Virus record (IMG/VR): IMGVR_UViG_3300046714_000236
Span: 30,230-94,229 of that record
Reading direction: 5' to 3' (one strand)
Source of the DNA: a virus
DNA length: 64,000 bases
The notes below the pieces were generated by a model. That model saw only the letters and a program-made list of their open reading frames with translations. It searched no databases and had not been told where the DNA came from. Numbering within the stretch: position 1 is the first letter of the stretch; the number at the start of each line of letters is the position of its first letter. Below, piece by piece: positions 57,314-64,000 of this stretch. The position numbers and the translations under genes were made by a program.

Positions 57314-57375
57314 CTGGACAAACCCACTATAGGGGACCGACGGCCCCCGATGCAAGCACCCCGTGATCTTTTTTT
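57314..57375 (-). promoter_or_regulatory. sigma-70-type early promoter copy B
   Basis: A-tract, TTGCAT (57350-55), 18 bp, TATAGT (57326-31). Confidence 0.75.
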
Positions 57376-57376
57376 C

Positions 57377-57676
57377 TCAGTGCGCCGCTGCAGCCTTTTT
57401 AGGCTTCTTCCGAACGGCGCGCACTCGATCCCGAGTCTCGTAGCTCCCCTTGGCTTCATCGGGGATGGGGTACCCCGCCGACTCGAACCGGATGAGCCAC
57501 CGCTTCAGCGTCCGAAAGTCGATCCCGATCAGCGTCGCGACCTTGCGCCCGCTTCGGTGCTTTCGATAGAGCGCCTCCACTTCATCCCGCACGAGCCGCG
57601 CCTCACGCGCGAGGAGCCCGGGAAGGATGGACGGCTCGCGAGCCGCGAGCGCACGGAGTCGGGGAGACGCTGCCAC
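57377..57676 (-). CDS. HTH protein
   Basis: GRKVATLIGIDFRTLKRWL. Confidence 0.65.
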   Translation of the reverse strand: MAASPRLRALAAREPSILPGLLAREARLVRDEVEALYRKHRSGRKVATLIGIDFRTLKRWLIRFESAGYPIPDEAKGSYETRDRVRAVRKKPKKAAAAH

Positions 57677-57695
57677 GCTCGGATCGATGCCGCGC

Positions 57696-57917
57696 TCAGG
57701 CAGGCGCCATCAGGGGCGACGCTTCCGGAGCTCCGAGCCCGCACACCGTCGCCGCGTAGTCCGGATCGGCCGATGCCTTCGCGAGCATCGCCGCGAACGC
57801 TTCTGCGTCCCCGACCTTATCGGCCGCCGCGCTCTCGTTGATCTCTTCGAGTAGTGCACTCGATTCCATGCCCGCGGCTGCGTCGATCAATTGGTCGATG
57901 GTGACTTGCTCGTCCAT
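57696..57917 (-). CDS. small acidic protein
   Basis: SD GGAG. Confidence 0.5.
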   Translation of the reverse strand: MDEQVTIDQLIDAAAGMESSALLEEINESAAADKVGDAEAFAAMLAKASADPDYAATVCGLGAPEASPLMAPA

Positions 57918-58147
57918 GGTGTCTCCGGAGTGAGGAAGCGGCGACGCCGATCCCGGATCTCTTCGATCTCGGTAAAGAGGCTCGCACGGTGCACGAGCTT
58001 GTACAAGTGACGCCGACCGATCCCGAGCTCGTGCGCGGTGCGCACCATGTTCGCCGCGGTGCGGTCGAGCACTTCGAGCAGCTCGGCCCGCTGCCGCTCA
58101 CGGCTTACCCGACCGGCGAAGCCGATCGCAGTGTGTCGGTAAGACAT
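57887..58147 (-). CDS. Fis-type HTH protein
   Basis: LLEVLDRTAANMVRTAHELGIGRRHLYKL. Confidence 0.7.
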   Translation of the reverse strand: MSYRHTAIGFAGRVSRERQRAELLEVLDRTAANMVRTAHELGIGRRHLYKLVHRASLFTEIEEIRDRRRRFLTPETPWTSKSPSTN

Positions 58148-59073
58148 ACGTCAATCATCGCACGAAGGCGGGACGGATCCACCTTCGCGAGTGATGCGCA
58201 GTCTTCGCCCTCGGGGAGCACGAGCCGCGAGAACTTCGCCCACCTGCCGAGCTGCCCGCGGATCTCCTTCGCCACGCGTTCGCCGGCTTCGTCCGGATCG
58301 GTGATGAGCAGGAGCCGTTGCCAGGTGCCGAGCTTGCTCGCGTGCCCGGGTACGAACTCGGAGCCGTACAGCCCCGCGAACGGGAGCCCCGTCACCCGCT
58401 CGATCGCCATGCCGTCAAACCCACCCTCCACGACCGCGAGCAGATCGCGATCTTCCGGATGGCTCGGCCACATCTGCTCACCGAAGATCGCCGCCTTGTC
58501 TGCGCCTTCTTCCGTCCGCGGTTCGAGATACTTTTTCCGAGCACGCCCGAACGCCCGCGCCGTGTAGCTCACGAGCCGCCCATACCCATCCCGCACCGGG
58601 ATCACGATGCGCCCCGCAAGCCCGCCGTCGACGGCGTACCCGAGCCCCCACGTTTCCGCCTGCGCGTCCGGGACGCCGCGTTCTCGGAGGTAGCCGCTAG
58701 CGGGGGAGGGCCACGCCGAAACGGGCGCCACGACGACGCCAGGGGGCAGGACGAAGCCCCGGGTGCGGGCTTCCCGGATCACCATCTCGGAACGAAGGGC
58801 CACGTGACGCGGCGCCGTCTTCGTGCTGTCGAGCCACGCCTGCGCTTCCTTCACGTCTTCGATCCCGAGCACGCCCATCACGAGCGACACGAGCGAGCGC
58901 CCCGAGAACTTGCACGACCAACACTTGAACCCCCCGTCCTCGGTGTGGATCCGAAAGCTCGGGGAGTTGTCCGCGTGCGCCGGGTGCGGACACTTCAGCT
59001 CGTACCAGCGACCGCGCCGCGTGTACGTGAGCCCGAGTCGATCGAGCACTGCGGAGACATCGGCGCGGGGCAT
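58105..59073 (-). CDS. DNA primase (CHC2 Zn finger plus TOPRIM)
   Basis: CPHPAHAD.SPSF...CWSC; VVEGGFD; DPDEAG. Confidence 0.9.
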   Translation of the reverse strand: MPRADVSAVLDRLGLTYTRRGRWYELKCPHPAHADNSPSFRIHTEDGGFKCWSCKFSGRSLVSLVMGVLGIEDVKEAQAWLDSTKTAPRHVALRSEMVIREARTRGFVLPPGVVVAPVSAWPSPASGYLRERGVPDAQAETWGLGYAVDGGLAGRIVIPVRDGYGRLVSYTARAFGRARKKYLEPRTEEGADKAAIFGEQMWPSHPEDRDLLAVVEGGFDGMAIERVTGLPFAGLYGSEFVPGHASKLGTWQRLLLITDPDEAGERVAKEIRGQLGRWAKFSRLVLPEGEDCASLAKVDPSRLRAMIDVCLTDTLRSASPVG

Positions 59074-59127
59074 TGAAGAGCGCCGAGTCAGGAACGGAGG
59101 GGGGTCGTATCAACCGACCCGGCGCGA

Positions 59128-60657
59128 TCAGATGTTACCGCGCCGCCGGCCGCCGCGAGTCGGCTTCACATCACCGATCAGATCATCGAGCCCGCCCTCG
59201 CCCGCGAACGTGAAGTCCACCGATCGCCCGTTCGAGACGCTGCCGAACTCCGGGCTCCACTCGAACTCCACCGCGAGCGGCGCGCGTCCGTCGCGCTGCT
59301 TCAGGATGAGCGCCTTGATCCGATCGTCGGGCACGTTCTTCCACTGCGCTTCTCGGTGCCACGCGATGATCGTGTCGGACGCTTCCGCCCATCCCTTCGA
59401 TCCCTTCGTCGCTTCGATCGTCGGGTGATGGTCCTTGCTCTGCTCTAGCTTCTCTACGTTCTGTTGATGGAGCCAGAGGTGATGCACGTGCTGCTCTTGC
59501 GCCATCGCCTGCAGCCGGAACGCCGCCTGCTCTTCGTCGTCGGGTTTCGTTTCCTTCAGCGCGCGCCGGATCAGATCGGCCACGAAGTGCTGCGCGTGCG
59601 AGTCCGCGATCGTCTGCTGCACGAGATCGAGATTCCGATCGTTGAAGTTCTTCTCGCCCCGCGTGCGTCCGAATGGGAGGCGGAAAAACTGGATGAACTC
59701 CCCGAGCCGTTCCATCTCTTCTTCAAGCAGCCGCTGATCTTCTTCCGAGTACCGGCCTTCGAGCAGATCAGATCGGTCGAACTGGAGAGAGAGCGCCGCG
59801 CACAGTTCGAGCGCGTTACCTTCTCCCGGCTCCCACGCGCCCCACAGGACTCGTTCCCCACGGTTCGCCCACCCGAGCACCGCCCGCGCGGCCATCGTGC
59901 TCTTCGCGCCGCCTGTGCGCGCCGTGAAGATCGTGACCTTGCCGGGTGCTGCGCCTGGCGTGAAGCGCGAGCGACCGGGGTGCTTTGGGTGATCGTCCTC
60001 GAAGTAGTCGAGCCCTTCTATGCAATACGGAAACGTCGCCTGCCCTTGTCGCCGGAGCGTGAGCCGCTGCGATTGTTCGAGCACGATCTGAGACGAGCTC
60101 CGGAGATACTTCTGCGAGCCGTGCCCCTTGATCGATTCGGGGATCCGTTGCGCGAGCGCGATCACTTTCTCGGGATCGGAGGTGACATCGCGGAGCGCTT
60201 CCTGGAACGCAGCGAGAGGACCGCGCACGCACTCGATGCGATCGCGATCCCACATGAGCATCCGCACGTGGTGCGTCAGGTTGGGAGGTGCGACCGGGCG
60301 ATCGCGCGCAAGCTGTTCGAGGTACGTCGGATCGACTTGCCCGCCGCTCATCTGCGAGACCGTCGCGGGATCGAAGTAGAGCCCACGCGCTTGCATCTCT
60401 TTCAGAATCGCCCACGCGGCCGCGTGCCCTTTTCCGAAGAACGTTTCGGGAAGCAGAGCGGGGAGCAATCGATCGGCGACCGCCTTGTCGACGAGCACCG
60501 CCGAGATCACGACGAGCTCGTTGAACGTGTCGTGCGGGATCTTCGCGACGTCCGCGCTCGATTGTGTGGGCGCGCCCTGCGCGTGAAGACGCCCGCGCTT
60601 CGGAGCTTCTTCGACGGGAGGCGCGACGGGCGCCGCGACTTCGCTACGCTTTCGCAT
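59128..60657 (-). CDS. DnaB-like replicative helicase
   Basis: ARTGGAKS (variant Walker A), LHQ and ILKQRDG. Confidence 0.85.
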   Translation of the reverse strand: MRKRSEVAAPVAPPVEEAPKRGRLHAQGAPTQSSADVAKIPHDTFNELVVISAVLVDKAVADRLLPALLPETFFGKGHAAAWAILKEMQARGLYFDPATVSQMSGGQVDPTYLEQLARDRPVAPPNLTHHVRMLMWDRDRIECVRGPLAAFQEALRDVTSDPEKVIALAQRIPESIKGHGSQKYLRSSSQIVLEQSQRLTLRRQGQATFPYCIEGLDYFEDDHPKHPGRSRFTPGAAPGKVTIFTARTGGAKSTMAARAVLGWANRGERVLWGAWEPGEGNALELCAALSLQFDRSDLLEGRYSEEDQRLLEEEMERLGEFIQFFRLPFGRTRGEKNFNDRNLDLVQQTIADSHAQHFVADLIRRALKETKPDDEEQAAFRLQAMAQEQHVHHLWLHQQNVEKLEQSKDHHPTIEATKGSKGWAEASDTIIAWHREAQWKNVPDDRIKALILKQRDGRAPLAVEFEWSPEFGSVSNGRSVDFTFAGEGGLDDLIGDVKPTRGGRRRGNI

Positions 60658-60901
60658 CGGGCGCGCAACTCATCACGACGTACCCAAACGGCACGCCGAA
60701 CGCAGGGCCCCGCAAAACGTAGGTGACTTCGCGCACAACATCTCGCCCGCTGTAGAGCCCGGTCTCGTGATCCCATTCCCGGAGGTGAAGCAGATCACCC
60801 ACCGCGAAGCCGCGATCGTCCTTCCGGAACTCGAACGTCTTCGTGCCGCGCAGAAGTGCGGTGAACGGTTCGGGGTGACACTTGAGCCCGTGGGTTCTCA
60901 T
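60644..60901 (-). CDS. DUF3850/ASCH-domain protein
   Basis: HGLKCHPEPF...GTKTFEFRKDDRGFAVGD.L.LREW. Confidence 0.85.
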   Translation of the reverse strand: MRTHGLKCHPEPFTALLRGTKTFEFRKDDRGFAVGDLLHLREWDHETGLYSGRDVVREVTYVLRGPAFGVPFGYVVMSCAPDAKA

Positions 60902-61791
60902 GCGCCTTCGTAAACTTCCTCACCGGGGACCATCTTTCTAAATTGAATCCAGCCTTCGACGTTGCCGAGAAAATGCCGCACGCGCCCCGTGCGCTCCCAC
61001 TTCTTCGCGGCCCCGTTCCACTTCTGTTCGTGATGCTGAAAGAGCGACAGTTCATCGCGCGTCATCGGCCGGCACGGATGTTCGAGCGGGCTCATGTGCC
61101 CGTTCGAGATCAACGTGTCGCAGAGTTCGACATCCTTCGCCGGTGCACGCTCACCGTCGTGCGTGAGGTACGAGACTCGCGCGCACCTGCCCGCGCTCAC
61201 CTTCGCCGGATCGTGCCCCGTCACTTCGAGATCGAAGTCCTCCGAGCCAACCATCGGCAGATGCCAGCGATCGTCCGCGAGCAGCGTGGGATCGGACGCG
61301 CGGCGCGCTTCCTTCATCATCACCGCGATCGTTTTGATCTCGGGCTGCGCCATCTTCGAGTCCCTGAGGTTCTCGAAGTTCTGCCACTCGGTGCCCGTGA
61401 CGATCACAGTGTGCCAGGCGAACGGCTCGATCACTCGGTTCGCGAGCTGCTTGTGCACGCCCGCATCCGCAAGGTGCCGTGCGTTCTTGATCGCGTCCCA
61501 CGTCGAGCGCTCCCACCACGCAGCGGCTTCGCGCGCGTCGTGTTCTCCGAGCTCCTCGGTCGCCTGCATCCCGCTCTGATTCTTGCCGAACGCGACCGGC
61601 GCGAACGGGTCGAGCTCGATCATTCGAATGCGCTTCTCGACCGGAATCGCGCGGCTGCTCGCGCTGTTTCGGGAGAGCACACGGTGCGTGTTGAACTCCG
61701 CGAGGATGATGCGCGGGAACGTGATCTGAAACGACGTGATCCGGAACTCGTACTGCGAAATCGAATCGGCCAGAACCTTGCACTCGTACAT
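60898..61791 (-). CDS. thyX: FAD-dependent thymidylate synthase (ThyX-like)
   Basis: EFNTHRVLSRNSASSRAIP, HKQLANR and GHMSPLEH. Confidence 0.85.
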   Translation of the reverse strand: MYECKVLADSISQYEFRITSFQITFPRIILAEFNTHRVLSRNSASSRAIPVEKRIRMIELDPFAPVAFGKNQSGMQATEELGEHDAREAAAWWERSTWDAIKNARHLADAGVHKQLANRVIEPFAWHTVIVTGTEWQNFENLRDSKMAQPEIKTIAVMMKEARRASDPTLLADDRWHLPMVGSEDFDLEVTGHDPAKVSAGRCARVSYLTHDGERAPAKDVELCDTLISNGHMSPLEHPCRPMTRDELSLFQHHEQKWNGAAKKWERTGRVRHFLGNVEGWIQFRKMVPGEEVYEGA

Positions 61792-62201
61792 CAGGGAACC
61801 TCCGCGCGAAGGCGCGCGACTTCATCGTTGCAAAACTTTTCCATGACAGTGATCGCGCGCACGTCGTTCGGTGCGGACATCGAGAGCAATGCTCCGAGCA
61901 CCTGCCCGAGTACCGTATGATCAGAGAGTCGCGCGATCAACGCAGGCGCCCGCCAGTAGCCACCATCCCACGCGCTCGCCCCGGTGTATGAGAGCAGGCG
62001 CGTCGCCTCGCGGCGAAAGCACCACGCGGCCTTTTCGAGATCTTGGATCTCGGCTCCCTTGAGCTCGCGTCTCCAGACGTACTTCACCGCGCTCCCGAGC
62101 ATCGCCGAAAGATGCTCCGTCACTTCGACAGTTTCGATCCCGCTCGGGTGCGAGTTGTAGCCCTTCGGCGAGTTGACCGGATCGTGCGGCTTGTTCGTCA
62201 T
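61791..62201 (-). CDS. DUF3310-domain protein
   Basis: DPVNSP.GY.SHPSGIE...G.AVKY.WR...K....DLEKA.W. Confidence 0.8.
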   Translation of the reverse strand: MTNKPHDPVNSPKGYNSHPSGIETVEVTEHLSAMLGSAVKYVWRRELKGAEIQDLEKAAWCFRREATRLLSYTGASAWDGGYWRAPALIARLSDHTVLGQVLGALLSMSAPNDVRAITVMEKFCNDEVARLRAEVP

Positions 62202-62219
62202 GGGGGTGAAGAATGCCGC

Positions 62220-62666
62220 TCACTTCTTCGGGCGCGCGCGTTCCTGCGCCACACGGTAGTCCGTGATCATCGCGGGCGAGAACTGCAGCCGCCATCCGAT
62301 CCGGAACCCGCCGCTGTCCCCGTCCCTGCGCTTCTGCTCGCGCGCGTCTTCACGCCTCCACGTCCATCGAATGAACTCGAACACTTTTTCGGAAGAGCCG
62401 AGCGCCTTCAACGCAAGTCCCGCCATCGCACACGCCGCGAAGAACGAAGGCCCGTCGAGCTCGTCGGGGCGCACGCTGTAGACGCGTTCGTGCAGGAGCG
62501 AGTAGAGCCCGACGAGCTCGCGCGCTGATGCGTTCTTCCAATCACGCGCCGCCGCGTTCTCTTCTGCCCGCTGGCGCGCCGCCGTGTGATGCGCGGCGCA
62601 CACCTTCGGCCCCTTCTTCGCGGCGCGCTTCTTCGGCGCACCATCGGCGAACTCGCCGAAAGACAT
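62220..62666 (-). CDS. hypothetical protein
   Basis: ORF; start uncertain (62666 or 62699). Confidence 0.5.
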   Translation of the reverse strand: MSFGEFADGAPKKRAAKKGPKVCAAHHTAARQRAEENAAARDWKNASARELVGLYSLLHERVYSVRPDELDGPSFFAACAMAGLALKALGSSEKVFEFIRWTWRREDAREQKRRDGDSGGFRIGWRLQFSPAMITDYRVAQERARPKK

Positions 62667-62722
62667 CTCGCGCGATGCCCCAAGCTTTGGTCGCGGCATC
62701 GGCGGGCGCGCCGATCGCGTTC

Positions 62723-63196
62723 TCACTGCGTGACCTTGTGCTTGTCGACGAGAACGCGGAGCTCCTTCAGGTGTTCGATGTAGCGGAGCGAGCTGATCTC
62801 GAACTCCGCTTGGAAGAGCTCTTCGCAGAACCGGTGCAAGCGGAGCCACGCTTGCTCGCCCGTCTCGCCTTCGCGCACCTTCGTGCTCGCGCGCACGGGT
62901 CCGACGGTGAACGTGTTGTACGCGATCGGCGCGAACGTCTCGGGCCCGAGCGATGCACTGAGCTCGTCCCCGACTTCTAGGACCGACATCGATGTCGGTG
63001 CTGCGCTCGGAGTGCGCTCGCCGCCGCGCCCCTGCGTGAGCGCGAGCTTCACGTCATCCGCGGTCGGTGCCGCCGGCTTCGCTTCGCTTGCGGAGGGGGC
63101 GGGGGGGAGCCTCGACAGCGCTTGCGCGAGATTCTGTTCTCCCTGTGCTGCCGTCGGAACTCCGCTCGGGGCGATCACGTCGCTGCGTCGTCTCAT
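62723..63196 (-). CDS. hypothetical protein
   Basis: CATCCT 7 nt upstream. Confidence 0.55.
   Translation of the reverse strand: MRRRSDVIAPSGVPTAAQGEQNLAQALSRLPPAPSASEAKPAAPTADDVKLALTQGRGGERTPSAAPTSMSVLEVGDELSASLGPETFAPIAYNTFTVGPVRASTKVREGETGEQAWLRLHRFCEELFQAEFEISSLRYIEHLKELRVLVDKHKVTQ
62981..63000. repeat. palindrome copy 14 (inside a CDS)
   Basis: GACCGACATCGATGTCGGTG; encodes PTSMSV. Confidence 0.95.
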
Positions 63197-64000
63197 GGAA
63201 CGAAGGATGCCGCCGATCCTTCAGGTACCGCTTCAACGGAACACGCTCGCCGTCGATCACGATGCTCGCGCTCTTCGCCCACGCCGCGATGTTTTTGAGC
63301 GGCGTCGTTCCGAACACATGCCGATCCCACAGGTAGTAGACGATCGGCTTCTTCCCCGGTCCTGCAGCGCGCGCGAATCGTCCCGTGTACTGATTGAACT
63401 GCATGCGACCCTTCGCAGCGTTCGCGCACGGCGTCGCGAAGATCCCGACGTCGAGTCGCGGCACGTCGATGCCGGTGCCGAACGCTTGATAGGTCGCAGC
63501 GGCCGCCACCACTTCGCCCGCCTTCATTCCGCGCTTTGCTTCGTCGTACTCCGCCGACGTCTCCGCGCCGCCGAGTAGAAGCCCCGCGCGCCCATCCGTG
63601 ATGCGCTGGAACACCGACGCGATCTGCGAAGCGTGTTCCCGCCGGTGCGTGAGAGCGACGACCGTGTGCCCGTCGCTGACTTCGAGCGAAGCGATCCGCG
63701 AGATCGAATGGGCGCGATCGTCGTCGTCTGCGAGCTGCCCGAGAAGCTCGTTCATCCCGAGCGCCATCGCCTTGCGCGAGTTCGCACGCGCCTTCTCCGT
63801 CACGCTGCGATCGGCCGCACGCGCTCGGAGCTCGGAGTACCAGGGCGCACGAAACTCCGTCGGCACGACCACCACTTCGACGGGAAGCAGCCGCCCCGCT
63901 TCGACGAGCTTCTTCGTCTCGACCTTCAGCGCGATCGGGCCGAAGAGATCGTAGGTGAGAAACTCTTTTCGATCAGCGCGCCGCTCGTCCGCGGAGAACG
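63054..64000 (-). CDS. SF2 helicase, C-terminal part (5' end outside the window)
   Basis: Frame stays open to the window edge; GTGIDVPRL and QYTGRFAR (motifs V/VI). Confidence 0.8.
   Translation of the reverse strand, partial: FSADERRADRKEFLTYDLFGPIALKVETKKLVEAGRLLPVEVVVVPTEFRAPWYSELRARAADRSVTEKARANSRKAMALGMNELLGQLADDDDRAHSISRIASLEVSDGHTVVALTHRREHASQIASVFQRITDGRAGLLLGGAETSAEYDEAKRGMKAGEVVAAAATYQAFGTGIDVPRLDVGIFATPCANAAKGRMQFNQYTGRFARAAGPGKKPIVYYLWDRHVFGTTPLKNIAAWAKSASIVIDGERVPLKRYLKDRRHPSFHETTQRRDRPERSSDGSTGRTESRASAVEAPPRPLRKRSEAGGTDRG

Noticed and set aside
56164-57459. ORF-track starts for DUF932 (57459), dnaN (37610), SbcC (47025) and spike (1365)
   Set aside because: The upstream extensions run through promoters or neighbouring genes. 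SD sites, promoter motifs and stop/start overlaps support the shorter starts.
3932-63000. Palindrome copies as a CRISPR array or as MITE/IS ends
   Set aside because: Copies are kilobases apart, with no spacers, cas genes, transposase, shared flanks or obvious target-site duplications.
1-64000. Prophage or temperate lifestyle call, and host assignment
   Set aside because: No integrase, att site, CI-type repressor or host flanking genes are recognisable. High GC alone does not identify the host.
1-64000. Apparent excess of CGATCG/GATC/TCGA words (HIP1-like)
   Set aside because: Plausibly due to codon usage (ATC, GAC, CTC GAG). It needs a codon-preserving shuffle test that I could not run.

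Overview
A 64-kb segment of a high-GC tailed dsDNA phage with a contractile (myovirus-type) tail. Almost every real gene is on the minus strand, and the long plus-strand ORFs are antisense shadows. The window end (right) holds a replication/recombination block: SF2 helicase (partial), ThyX, DnaB, primase, small HTH proteins, DUF932, a phage sigma-70-family factor, PolB, UvsY-like, SSB-like, RecA, SbcD/SbcC, RuvC-like, DinG and a beta clamp. Next come two DNA methyltransferases and an endolysin, then the virion genes: terminase, portal, MuF, scaffold, capsid, neck, sheath, tube, frameshifted chaperone, tape measure, hub and spike. Main unexplained signals: (1) 14 copies of a 20-bp palindrome, GACCGACATCGATGTCGGTC, with an invariant 16-bp core, spread along the whole window both between and inside genes; (2) a leaderless-promoter-like motif, GCGG-CATCCT-N6/7-ATG, at about 12 gene starts, alongside two other promoter classes and the phage sigma factor; (3) a MuF head protein fused to a kinase-like domain and an ADP-ribosyltransferase; (4) a capsid 5' leader with mutually exclusive helices, one hiding the ribosome-binding site; (5) a roughly 97-nt tRNA-like fold. 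All calls are by-eye motif and synteny recognition. No database searches or folding computations were run, and the host is unknown.
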